Below, piece after piece: positions 1 through 10,959 of a stretch of DNA of 64,000 nt. Position numbers and translations under genes: made by a program. The stretch spans positions 64,001-128,000 of the forward strand of contig OZ219868.1 in assembly GCA_964291495.2 (NCBI GenBank), in the 5' to 3' direction. The notes under the pieces were generated by a model. It saw nothing but the letters and a program-made list of their open reading frames with translations. It did not search any database and was not told where the DNA came from. Source of the DNA: Dehalococcoidia bacterium. GTDB lineage: Bacteria; Chloroflexota; Dehalococcoidia; UBA2979. Numbering within the stretch: the first letter of the stretch is position 1; each line of letters begins with the position of its first letter.

Positions 1-34
1 CCTCGCCGCGGGGCAGCGCCCCGAGGGAGGCGTC

Positions 35-481
35 ATGAGCGCGGACGATCGCCTGGAGATCATGGAGCTGGTCGCGCGCTACGCCTACGCGTGGGACGCG
101 AAGGACGCGGCCGCCTACGCTGCCTGTTTCACCGAGGACGCCGAGTTCGACGTCTACACCCGCGGCCGCGAGGCGCCCGCCATCAGTGAGCGAGGCCGCG
201 ACGCGATCGAGAGCTGGGCGAGGCGCTCGCACAGCGGGGAGCTGGAGGGCATGCGCGAGCCCGACCCGCTCGAGCGTACGCGCCACGCGCCCGGCGGCGT
301 GGTCTTCGACGCCCTTGAGGGCGACACGGCGCAGACGCGCGCGATGCTCTTCGAGACGCGGGTGAGCGGCGGCCGGTCCACGGCGATCCCGCAGATCTCC
401 GGCGTCTACACCGACGAGTGGCGGCGCACGGCGGAGGGCTGGCGGCTCTCGCGGCGCGTGCTGCGCATGGACCGCCAGTAA
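35..481 (+). CDS. SnoaL-like / NTF2-family protein
   Basis: DRLEIMELVARYAYAWD...FTEDA...YTDEWRRTAEGWRL pattern typical of SnoaL_4; GGAGG RBS upstream. Confidence 0.85.
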   Translation: MSADDRLEIMELVARYAYAWDAKDAAAYAACFTEDAEFDVYTRGREAPAISERGRDAIESWARRSHSGELEGMREPDPLERTRHAPGGVVFDALEGDTAQTRAMLFETRVSGGRSTAIPQISGVYTDEWRRTAEGWRLSRRVLRMDRQ

Positions 482-515
482 CGGCTGCGGGCGACTGCCT
501 GGAGGGACGGGCACG

Positions 516-1706
516 ATGGGTTATCGACCGCGCCGGATGAAGTTCGGCATCTTCCTCGCGCCGTTCCACGAGCCGGGCGAGAACCCCACGCTCGCCATCG
601 AGCGCGACGCGGCGCTGATCGAGGAGCTCGACCGCCTCGGCTACGACGAGGCGTGGATCGGCGAGCACCACAGCGTCGGCTGGGAGTTCATCCCCGACCC
701 GGCGCTCTTCGCCGCACACATGGCTGCGCGCACGAAGCAGATCAAGCTCGGGACCGGCGTCGTCAGCCTCCCGTACCACAACCCGCTGATGGTCGCCGAC
801 CGGATGATGTTCCTCGACCACCTCACCCGGGGGCGCGCGCTCTTCGGCGTCGGACCGGGCGCGCTCGCCTCGGACGCCTACATGATGGGCATCGACCCCT
901 CCACGCAGCGCACGCGCATGGTTGAGGCGCTCGAGGCGATCCTGCCGCTGTTGCGCGGCGAGCACGTCACGATGGAGACGGACTGGTTCCACCTGCGCGA
1001 CGCGCACCTGCAGCTCGCGCCCTACCGGGAGGACCACCTCCCGGTCTCGGTCGCGCACAGCCTCTCGCCCTCGGGGCCGCAGACGGCGGGGCGCTTTGGC
1101 ATCGGGATGCTCTCGGTGGCCACGGCAGCGCCCGGCGGTATCGGCTCGCTGCAAGGCGCCTGGCAGTGGGCGCAGGAGGCCGCGGAGGAGCACGGGCAGA
1201 AGATCAGCCGCGACGACTGGCGCGTCACGATGTACTTCCACCTCGCCGACTCGAAGGAGGAGGCGCTGGCGCAGACTGCCGAGGGCTGCATCGCCTACAA
1301 CCAGGGCTACACCGGCGCGCTCGGCGTGCGCTTCGCCGAGGGCGAGGACACGATCGAGGCGATGGTCGAGCGCGGCGGCGCGATCGTCGGCACGCCCGAC
1401 GACGCGATCGAGGGCATCGAGCGGTTGCTCGAGCTCTCGGGTGGCTTCGGCGCGCTGCTCTGCTCGATGCGTGAGTTCGCGTCGACGGAGCAGACGAAGC
1501 GCAGCTTCGAGCTGTTCGCGCGCTACGTGATGCCGCGCTTCCAAGGCCAGATCGACTCGATCGAGGGCTCGCTCTCCTGGGCACAGGACAACATGCGCGA
1601 GTTGTTCGCCCCGCAGGCCGCCGCCCAGCGCAAGGCCTTCGAGGACGCCGGCATGGAGGCTCCCGCCCGCTCCCGCCGCCGCCCCGCGACGCCCTCGCAG
1701 CAGTAG
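516..1706 (+). CDS. LLM-class flavin-dependent monooxygenase (limonene 1,2-monooxygenase-like)
   Basis: MKFGIFLAPFH, GYDEAWIGEHHS, IKLGTGVVSLPYHNP, S(F)ELFARYVMP motifs of the luciferase-like family. Confidence 0.9.
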   Translation: MGYRPRRMKFGIFLAPFHEPGENPTLAIERDAALIEELDRLGYDEAWIGEHHSVGWEFIPDPALFAAHMAARTKQIKLGTGVVSLPYHNPLMVADRMMFLDHLTRGRALFGVGPGALASDAYMMGIDPSTQRTRMVEALEAILPLLRGEHVTMETDWFHLRDAHLQLAPYREDHLPVSVAHSLSPSGPQTAGRFGIGMLSVATAAPGGIGSLQGAWQWAQEAAEEHGQKISRDDWRVTMYFHLADSKEEALAQTAEGCIAYNQGYTGALGVRFAEGEDTIEAMVERGGAIVGTPDDAIEGIERLLELSGGFGALLCSMREFASTEQTKRSFELFARYVMPRFQGQIDSIEGSLSWAQDNMRELFAPQAAAQRKAFEDAGMEAPARSRRRPATPSQQ

Positions 1707-1735
1707 GGCGGGGGGCCGATACCCGCGCGGCTTCC

Positions 1736-1757
1736 CTACAGCCGGGGCCGGCTGTAG
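1736..1757. terminator. Hairpin downstream of the LLM gene
   Basis: ctacagccgg-gg-ccggctgtag perfect inverted repeat; no clear U-tract. Confidence 0.4.
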
Positions 1758-1871
1758 CCTCGATCCGCGACTGCTGACATCCCACGGATGTGCCAAGGAG
1801 CCCCCGTGTCCACGACGTCGTCCGACGCCTCGAGGTTCCCGGCGCGCGTGTGGATCGGGAGCCGCTAGCAC

Positions 1872-4094
1872 ATGCTGGGGCGCGCCACCGACTTCGCGAG
1901 CAGCCGGCGCGGCAAGTGGGTCACGCTGGTCGCCTGGGTGGTGCTCGCCGGCGCGCTGATCTCACAACTGCCGCGCCTCGACGAGGTGACGGAGAACGAG
2001 GCGGCGCTCTTTCTTCCCGAGGACGCCGAGGCGACGCGCGCCTTCGATCTGGCCCGCGAGCGCTTCCCCTCGGCGGGGACGCCCACGCTGATCGTCGTTC
2101 GTGAGCCCGCAGGGCTCAGCCCGGCCACGTTCGCGGCCGTGGCCGACCTCGATCGGTGGCTGACGGGTCCTGAGGCGCCGGACAACGTCATCGCCGTGCG
2201 CGCACCAGCACCCGTCGAGGGGGCCGCATCCGGCCTCGTTTCGCCCGACGGCACCACGCTCTACGTCTTCGTCGAGCTTGCGGGGGAGCCTGCCGAGGAG
2301 GCGTTCCGCGAGGCTGTGTCCGCGATTCGCGACCGCGCCGCGGCGCTCGACCTGCCGGGCGTCGAGGTCGCCGTCGGTGGGCCCGGCGGGCTGATCGTCG
2401 ACCTCGTGCAGGTCTTCGCGAACATCGACTCGTTCCTGCTGATCGTGACCGCCTCGCTGGTACTGGTGCTGCTGGTGCTGATCTACCGCTCGCCGATCAT
2501 GGCGGTGATCCCGCTGCTGGGCGTCGGCCTCGTCTTCCAGCTCGCCGGCGCGGTCGGCGCGGGGGTCGCGAAGCTGTTCGACCTGCCGATCTCGGGACAG
2601 ACGACCGGCATCATGACGGTCGTGCTCTTCGGCACCGGCACCGACTACGTGCTCTTCGTCTCCGCCCGCTTCCGCGAGGAGCTGACCCGCAACGCCGACA
2701 AGCACGAGGCGATGCGCCGCACGATGCGCGGTGTGGGCGGGGCCGTCGCCTCGGCCGGCGCGACGATCCTGATCGCCTCGGCGGCGCTGACGTTCGCGAT
2801 CCTGCGCTCCTACCAGTCGCTCGGTCCCGTGATCGCGATCGCAGTCGGGTTGATGATGCTGGCCGCGCTCACGCTGATCCCGGCGGTGCTGACCATCGTC
2901 GGGCGGCGCGTCTTCTGGCCGATGCAGCCCCGCCTGGACCCTGAGGCGGCGGCGCAGCCGGAGGCGCCGCAGGACTGGCGGCGCAGCATCTACGGCCGCG
3001 TCGGGAGCGTCGTGTTGCGCTGGCCGCGCGCCTCACTCGCGGCGACGACGGCGGCGCTGGCGCTGCTCATCGCCGGCCTCTTCGCCTTCGAGCCGAACTA
3101 CGACCAGCTCGCCAGCCTCCCGGGCAACACCGAGTCCGTGCGCAGCTTCGAGCTGCTGCGCGAGGGCTTCCCGGGTGGCGAGCTCTCGCCGACGCGTGTC
3201 TACGTCTCGCTGCCGCCGGGCGAGCAGGTCCTCGATCCCGAGCGCCTCGAGCAGCTCGACATGCTGACGCTCACCCTCGCCGGCCACCCGGCGGTCGCGA
3301 GCGCCTCGGGGCCGAGCCGTCCCTTCGGCACGGCCGGACCGCCCGGCGGGCCGCCGGGAGCCGCGGCGCGCTTCGTCTCCGCCGACGGCGGCACGGCGCG
3401 CATCGAGGTGGTGCTGACGGACAACCCCTTCTCCGACGCATCGCTCGACGTCGTCCCCGAGCTGCGCGAGCTGGCTCGCGGCGCGGCCGCCTCGGCCGGA
3501 CTCGACCCGGGCGGCGTGCTGGTCGGCGGCGACACCGCCGCGGAGGCCGATACGCGCACGGCCGGCAACCGAGACTCGCGGGTGGTGTTGCCGCTGATCC
3601 TGCTGGCGATCGGGGTGGTGCTGGCGCTGCTGCTGCGCTCGCTGATCGCGCCGCTCTACCTGATGGCGACGATCGCCTTCACCTACTTCGCGACGCTCGG
3701 CCTCGCGGTCATCGTCTTCCTGCTGGTCTTCGACCACGCGGGGATCGGGCCGGGCGTGCCGTTCTTCCTGTTCGTCTTCCTGAACGCGCTCAGCGTCGAC
3801 TACAACATCTACCTGATGTCGCGCATCCGCGAGGAGGTGAGGCGCGCCCCGCTCAAGGAGGCGACCGCACACGCGCTGGCGCGCACCGGGCCGGTGATCA
3901 CCTCGGCCGGCCTGATCCTCGCGGGGACCTTCTCGGCGCTGATGACGCTGCCGCTCGAGGATCTCGTGCAGCTCGGCTTCGCGGTGGGCATCGGCGTGCT
4001 GATCGACACGTTCATCACGCGCACGCTGATCGTGCCGGCGCTGGTGGCGATCTTCGGCCGCTGGAACTGGTGGCCGTCACGCACGCCGGCCTGA
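1872..4094 (+). CDS. MMPL family (RND) transporter, YdfJ/actinobacterial type
   Basis: Two hydrophobic halves, GTGTDY and ALSVDYNIYL motifs, C-terminal GRWNWWP. Confidence 0.9.
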   Translation: MLGRATDFASSRRGKWVTLVAWVVLAGALISQLPRLDEVTENEAALFLPEDAEATRAFDLARERFPSAGTPTLIVVREPAGLSPATFAAVADLDRWLTGPEAPDNVIAVRAPAPVEGAASGLVSPDGTTLYVFVELAGEPAEEAFREAVSAIRDRAAALDLPGVEVAVGGPGGLIVDLVQVFANIDSFLLIVTASLVLVLLVLIYRSPIMAVIPLLGVGLVFQLAGAVGAGVAKLFDLPISGQTTGIMTVVLFGTGTDYVLFVSARFREELTRNADKHEAMRRTMRGVGGAVASAGATILIASAALTFAILRSYQSLGPVIAIAVGLMMLAALTLIPAVLTIVGRRVFWPMQPRLDPEAAAQPEAPQDWRRSIYGRVGSVVLRWPRASLAATTAALALLIAGLFAFEPNYDQLASLPGNTESVRSFELLREGFPGGELSPTRVYVSLPPGEQVLDPERLEQLDMLTLTLAGHPAVASASGPSRPFGTAGPPGGPPGAAARFVSADGGTARIEVVLTDNPFSDASLDVVPELRELARGAAASAGLDPGGVLVGGDTAAEADTRTAGNRDSRVVLPLILLAIGVVLALLLRSLIAPLYLMATIAFTYFATLGLAVIVFLLVFDHAGIGPGVPFFLFVFLNALSVDYNIYLMSRIREEVRRAPLKEATAHALARTGPVITSAGLILAGTFSALMTLPLEDLVQLGFAVGIGVLIDTFITRTLIVPALVAIFGRWNWWPSRTPA

Positions 4095-4115
4095 GCGGTC
4101 CGGGGCAAACGCAAA

Positions 4116-4139
4116 CGGGGGCGGCCCGGGCCGCCCCCG
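4116..4139. terminator. Perfect 24-bp palindrome between convergent genes (probable bidirectional terminator)
   Basis: CGGGGGCGGCCCGGGCCGCCCCCG is its own reverse complement; lies between the MMPL and crotonase stop codons. Confidence 0.6.
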
Positions 4140-4163
4140 CTGTTCGTCCGAGGCAGGTCGCGA

Positions 4164-4955
4164 TTAGCGGCCGTGGTAGACGGGCTGGCGCTTCTCGGCG
4201 AAGGCGCGCTTCGCCTCGAGGGCGTCCTCGGTCTCCTGCAGGATGCGCGTGCGCGTCTGCTCCCAGCGGTAGCCGTTCCGCACGTCCATCGTCTCGATCA
4301 TGCTGAGGTTTTCCTTGGCGAGGCGGATGCCGATCGGCATCTTCGAGGCGATCAGCCGCGCCTCCTCCATCACCACCTCCATCAGCTGCTCGGGCGGGGC
4401 CAGCTTCCAGACCGCGCCGAAGTGGTAGGCGTCCTGCGCGCTGATGCGCTCGCCGCTGTAGTGCGCGCGGCGCACGATGTGGTGCGGGAAGGCGCGCATC
4501 ATGTGGCGCGCGCCGCCCAGCAGGCCGACGTTGATCTCCGGCAGCCCGAAGCTCGCCGTCTCCGAGGCGATCAGGTAGTCGCACGACCCGGCGAGGGCCA
4601 TGCCCGCGCCGAGGCAGTAGCCGTTGATCGCGCCGATCACCGGCACGGCGGACTCCAGGATGCAGTTGAAGTTCTCGCGGCCGCGGCGCTGGCCGGAGAT
4701 GTAGGCGGTATTGCCGCCGGCGCCGCCGGACTCCTGCGCCTCGCTGACGTCGGCCGCGCGGCGCTTCACGTCCGCCCCGGCGCAGAAGGAGCGGGTGCCC
4801 TCGCCGGTGAGCACGGCGACCCGCACGTCGGTGTTGTAGTAGAAGGAGTCGAAGACGCCCTGGAAGTCCCAGTCCTGCGAAGCCGCGTTCACAGGGGGGT
4901 TGTCCATTGTGACGAGGGCAATCCCGTCCTCGATCTCCAGTCTCAGCTCGGCCAT
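4164..4955 (-). CDS. Enoyl-CoA hydratase/isomerase (crotonase) family protein
   Basis: PPVNA, FCAGAD, PVIGAINGYCLGAG, FGLPEINVG, AFAEKRQP. Confidence 0.9.
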   Translation of the reverse strand: MAELRLEIEDGIALVTMDNPPVNAASQDWDFQGVFDSFYYNTDVRVAVLTGEGTRSFCAGADVKRRAADVSEAQESGGAGGNTAYISGQRRGRENFNCILESAVPVIGAINGYCLGAGMALAGSCDYLIASETASFGLPEINVGLLGGARHMMRAFPHHIVRRAHYSGERISAQDAYHFGAVWKLAPPEQLMEVVMEEARLIASKMPIGIRLAKENLSMIETMDVRNGYRWEQTRTRILQETEDALEAKRAFAEKRQPVYHGR

Positions 4956-5033
4956 CGGCAGACTCCTTTGGGGATGCGCGCTGGGGTTGCACGGACCGTT
5001 GCGGTCCGAGCGGACTATATCGAGCGCCGCGAA

Positions 5034-5061
5034 GCCCTACAAGGAACGCCCTACAAGGAAC
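5034..5061. repeat. 14-bp tandem direct repeat (gccctacaaggaac x2)
   Basis: Seen directly, about 80 bp upstream of the crotonase start. Confidence 0.7.
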
Positions 5062-5101
5062 GATGGTGCGCCGTGACGTTTGCGGGGCGCCCGGGACGCA
5101 G

Positions 5102-5125
5102 AACCGCCGGCTTCAGCCGGCGGTT
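5102..5125. terminator. Palindromic hairpin downstream of the tRNA pair
   Basis: aaccgccggct-tc-agccggcggtt, 11 nt past the tRNA-Leu CCA end. Confidence 0.5.
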
Positions 5126-5136
5126 GGGGTGTGCGT

Positions 5137-5223
5137 TGGTGCCGAGGATGAGATTCGAACTCATACGCCCTTGCGGGCACCGCCCCCTCAAGACGGCGTG
5201 TCTGCCTATTCCACCACCTCGGC
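5137..5223 (-). tRNA. tRNA-Leu(GAG)
   Basis: Reverse complement GCCGAGG...CCGTC-TTGAGGG-GGCGG...long variable arm...GTTCGAATC...CCTCGGCACCA. Confidence 0.95.
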
Positions 5224-5252
5224 CCTGTTCGCGCCCTCGGGAGGGCGAATGC

Positions 5253-5328
5253 TGGCAGGAGTGGAGGGACTCGAACCCCCGACCTGCGGTTTTGGAGACC
5301 GCTGCTCTTCCAGCTGAGCTACACTCCT
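5253..5328 (-). tRNA. tRNA-Trp(CCA)
   Basis: Reverse complement AGGAGTGTAGCTCAG...GCGGT-CTCCAAA-ACCGC...GGTTCGAG...CACTCCTGCCA. Confidence 0.95.
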
Positions 5329-5444
5329 GGGCCCTCCGAGTCTATCAACGGCCCGCCGGGGAGTGAAGCGCGGCGCAGTAGGGCGGCGCGCGTCCGCGAA
5401 GTTCGAGCTGAGGGCAGCGGCGTCGACAGCGGTCGCTGCGTGCC

Positions 5445-6341
5445 CTACCCGTCGTCGCGCTGATCGCGGAGGAAGCCCTCGAGGTCGCTCAGCAGGTCCT
5501 CGGCGGAGGGGAGCTCGGCGTCCTCGCCTGACTCTTGCTCCGCCTGCTGCTCGATGTTGGCGTCGTACTGCTGCTCCAGCATCTGGATGTAGGACTCGGC
5601 CTCGCCCGACTCCGTGACCGCCTCCTGCACCTGCTCGCTGAAGCGCTCGATGCGCCGCTCGATCCTCGCGAGCGAGGTGTTCGTACCGAAGCCGCGATCG
5701 ATCAGCTTGATGAGCGCGGCGATCGCGTTCGGGTTCGGGCCAGTCGAGAGGTAGTGCGGCAGCTGGGCCCAGAGGCTCGCGTTGCGGAAGCCGCGCTGGC
5801 GCTGGTCCACGTTGAATGCGCCGACGATGCCCGTCGGGCCCTCATAGCGGGACTGCGGCACGCGCAGCCCGAACTGGCCCTCGAAGTCTGAGTCCGAGGC
5901 GGAGAGCGTGACCGGCAGCGGTCGTGTGTGCGGGACCGCGCCGGCCTGCGCGGCGATCGTGATGCTGGTGGTCGCGCCGACCTCGACCATCAGGTCGGCG
6001 ATCGCCTCGGTGAAGGTGCGCCAGCGCAGGTGCGGCTCCGGGCCGCTCAGCAGCACGAAGTCGCGCTCCGCCCCCGGCGGGCTGGCCACGCGGAAGTGAT
6101 GCCTGGGCCAGTCGATCACACGGCGCTCGCCGTCGAGGCGCACCGTCGGGCGCTGGACGGTGAAGTCGAAGAGGCGCTCGTTGCGGATCTCGGCGAGGTC
6201 GCTCGCCTTCCACTGGTCGCCCATGTGCTTGATCGCCGCCGCCGCGGCGCCGCCGAAGTCGTTCCAGCCGGAGAATGCGGCGATCAGCACCGGGTCGCGG
6301 AGCGGCCGAACCTCGCCGATCGGTTCCACCAGCTCGTGCAT
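5445..6341 (-). CDS. PAC2 family (proteasome assembly chaperone-like) protein
   Basis: AFSGWNDFG, DFTVQRP, GPEPHLRW, VPHTRP, YEGPTGI, WAQLPHY; start moved to ATG 6341 behind GGAGG RBS. Confidence 0.88.
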   Translation of the reverse strand: MHELVEPIGEVRPLRDPVLIAAFSGWNDFGGAAAAAIKHMGDQWKASDLAEIRNERLFDFTVQRPTVRLDGERRVIDWPRHHFRVASPPGAERDFVLLSGPEPHLRWRTFTEAIADLMVEVGATTSITIAAQAGAVPHTRPLPVTLSASDSDFEGQFGLRVPQSRYEGPTGIVGAFNVDQRQRGFRNASLWAQLPHYLSTGPNPNAIAALIKLIDRGFGTNTSLARIERRIERFSEQVQEAVTESGEAESYIQMLEQQYDANIEQQAEQESGEDAELPSAEDLLSDLEGFLRDQRDDG

Positions 6342-6391
6342 GGAGCCTCCTCGTCCGGGGATCGCGGCTCCATCATACGGGAGCCCGCGCT

Positions 6392-7006
6392 TCAGGCCGC
6401 CGCTCGGCGTGCGCGCAGCCGGTGCCAACCGAGCCAGGCGAGGAGCGCAGCAACGGCCGCCGCGGCGAGCGCGCTCACCACGATGTCGAAGCGATCCGTG
6501 ATGAACTCGGCGAAGCGTTCGCCCCAGAAGAAGATCAGCACGCCGTAGACGCCGAAGCGCAGCCCGCGCCCGAGAATCGAGGCGAAGACGAACTGCGTGC
6601 GCGGTATCCCGACAACCCCCGCGCCGATGGTGAACACCTTGTAAGGGATTGGTGTCAGGCCCGCAGCTGCGACGGCCCAGAATCCCCAGCGCTGGAGCAG
6701 CTCCTCGACACGCTCGGCGTGCCGGCTGTGCAGCCGCAGCAGCAGCGGCCGGCCGAGCCGCAGGCCCAGCCAGTGACCGACAACGCCTCCGAGGACGGAG
6801 GCGACGATGGTGAGCGCGGCGAGGATGAGCGCGGCGTCCGGATGGCGCAGCGCGAGCGCGACCAGCAGCGGGTCCGTGGGGATCGGGAAGAAGACCGACT
6901 CAGAGGCGGTGATCAGGGCGAGCGCGATCGGCGCGACCGGGCTGTCCGCCCAGTCGATCAGCCACTCGCGCAGGTCATCCAGCCACTCGCGCAGGTCGTG
7001 CAGCAC
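6392..7006 (-). CDS. YqaA/DedA (VTT domain) membrane protein
   Basis: ESVFFPIPTDPLL, TPIPYKVFTI, GRGLRF motifs. Confidence 0.88.
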   Translation of the reverse strand: MLHDLREWLDDLREWLIDWADSPVAPIALALITASESVFFPIPTDPLLVALALRHPDAALILAALTIVASVLGGVVGHWLGLRLGRPLLLRLHSRHAERVEELLQRWGFWAVAAAGLTPIPYKVFTIGAGVVGIPRTQFVFASILGRGLRFGVYGVLIFFWGERFAEFITDRFDIVVSALAAAAVAALLAWLGWHRLRARRAAA

Positions 7007-7117
7007 GAGGTACAGCGTGAGCCCTCGATGCGCTCAGGGGCAACCGCGAGGCGGCAGCAACCGCGAGCGTGACGAGACGTCAGCCCGCGGGATGGTGCGT
7101 GGAGTCCGGGGGAGTGC

Positions 7118-7471
7118 CTAGTGGCCGCCGCCGCTGGCGCAGCCGCAGCCGCCGCCTTCGGCCGCCTGCGCGTTCGGGGCGTCGATGGTGAAGCCCTTTC
7201 GCATCAGGTCGTCCTCGGTGTAGTCGATCGAGGCGCCCTCGAGGCTGTTCGCGGTCGTCGGGTCGACGATGAAGGTGACGCCGTGCAGGTCGAGCACGTT
7301 GTCGTCGTCACCGGCCTTGTCGATGCCCATCGCGAAGGAGGGGCCGGAGCAGCCGCAGCCGCCGCCGCGCGCGAAGATGCGCAGGCCCTGGTCTTCGCTC
7401 TCGCGCTGCTGCGTGACGATCATGCCAAGCCGCTCCGCGGCGTCCTTGCTGACGGTGAGGGTCAGGCTCAT
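7118..7471 (-). CDS. HesB/IscA family Fe-S cluster assembly accessory protein
   Basis: GGGCGCSG...IDY...GFTIDAPNA...GCGC. Confidence 0.88.
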   Translation of the reverse strand: MSLTLTVSKDAAERLGMIVTQQRESEDQGLRIFARGGGCGCSGPSFAMGIDKAGDDDNVLDLHGVTFIVDPTTANSLEGASIDYTEDDLMRKGFTIDAPNAQAAEGGGCGCASGGGH

Positions 7472-7525
7472 CGAGAACTCCTCTGGTGTGGGGCCGCGCC
7501 GCGTCCGGGGCGGCGGCCGCTTCGC

Positions 7526-9850
<2,325 letters not shown>

Positions 9851-9917
9851 GGCCGCATCCTAGCGCAGAACGCCCGTTCGCGCACCTGCACTCGCGCTTT
9901 TGCACGGGTTTCCGCGG

Positions 9918-10454
9918 CTAGTTCGCGCCCTCCGGATCAACGCCCGAGAGCGTACTCGCGCGCTCGATCAGGCCCGGCACGTCCTCGATCTCGCCCTCGA
10001 CGGCGATGTGCGTGCCGCCGCGCTCGGAGAGCCGCCAGCGCACGTTGCCGAGCGTCTCGACACGCTCGATGTGCTCGAGCTCTGCCCAGCGCACCTCCGT
10101 GAGGGTGCGCCCTCGATGGAGCGCGAGAGCTCCCGTGCGGGTGAGCACGATCGCGGTCGCGGTGCGCCGCCAGGTGAACCAGACGATCGGGAGCTGCAGC
10201 ACCATCACGACGGCGAGGAAGATCCCGAACCCCGTCGCCTCAGCCGATCCGGCCAGTTGTCCGATCGCGAGAAAGACGAGCGCGCCGAGCAGCGGCAGCA
10301 CGAACGAGGCGTGGTTCCACCAGTGCGACTCGTTGCGGTGGGCCGCGACCACCTCGAGGCCTTCGAGGGCCGCGCGGTCGTCGGGGTGGATGGGGCGCAG
10401 TGACGCGGCCGCCGATTCGCCGGCGGCGTCGCCCGGGTCCTGCTCGCCGTCCAT
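9918..10454 (-). CDS. Hypothetical membrane protein (2 TM + PH-like C-terminus)
   Basis: Two hydrophobic segments then a beta-rich tail; fits the minus-strand operon. Confidence 0.6.
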   Translation of the reverse strand: MDGEQDPGDAAGESAAASLRPIHPDDRAALEGLEVVAAHRNESHWWNHASFVLPLLGALVFLAIGQLAGSAEATGFGIFLAVVMVLQLPIVWFTWRRTATAIVLTRTGALALHRGRTLTEVRWAELEHIERVETLGNVRWRLSERGGTHIAVEGEIEDVPGLIERASTLSGVDPEGAN

Positions 10455-10481
10455 CGCGTGCCGGTTACGCCGCCATGCGCG

Positions 10482-10904
10482 CTAGACGCGCTCCCACTGC
10501 GGCACGAGCAGCGTCTCGTCCTCGTCGATGATCTCCTCGAAGACGGCGCGCACCTTCTGGCCGATCGCCACCTCGCCGGGCTCGCAGTTGAGCACGTTGC
10601 CCAGGATGCGCACGTGCGGATGCTCGTCGAGGCTGACGAGGGCCACGGCGTACGGCACGGCCTCGGCCAGCGCGGGGGCAGGTGGGTTGTGGACGACGAT
10701 GTAGGAGTAGACCGTCCCCTCGCCGTTCGTTTCCAGCGAGCGGAACTCCATAGCCCTGCAGGCGTTGCACGCGGCGTCCGGCGGGTGCTGGACCGTCCCG
10801 CACGGCACGCACTGCTGCACGACCAGTTTGCCCGAGGTGAAGAAGTCGCGGTTGAAGCGGTCAAGCTGGGGGATGGGCCAGTCTTCCGGCATGAATCGGG
10901 TCAT
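10482..10904 (-). CDS. Zn-ribbon/OB-fold DUF35 (ChsH2-like) protein
   Basis: CxxC...PP..CxxC, GTVYSY, PYAVALVSL; adjacent to a thiolase-like gene. Confidence 0.9.
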   Translation of the reverse strand: MTRFMPEDWPIPQLDRFNRDFFTSGKLVVQQCVPCGTVQHPPDAACNACRAMEFRSLETNGEGTVYSYIVVHNPPAPALAEAVPYAVALVSLDEHPHVRILGNVLNCEPGEVAIGQKVRAVFEEIIDEDETLLVPQWERV

Positions 10905-10959
10905 GGTGCTCTCCTCGCAAGCCCTCGCGGGGCTCGGAACTGCGGTCGCGCGGCGTCGG

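Noticed and set aside
183-1871. Long antisense/alternate-frame ORFs (also 7602..9905, 41847..44087, 50362..52737, 54917..56929 and others)
   Set aside because: Arg/Ala/Pro-rich shadows of real genes, expected in stop-poor high-GC DNA; no motifs
6961-6998. Repeat ccactcgcgcaggtc x2; also PEPP repeats at ~56126-56160
   Set aside because: Short in-frame coding repeats (DLREWL; Pro linker), not elements
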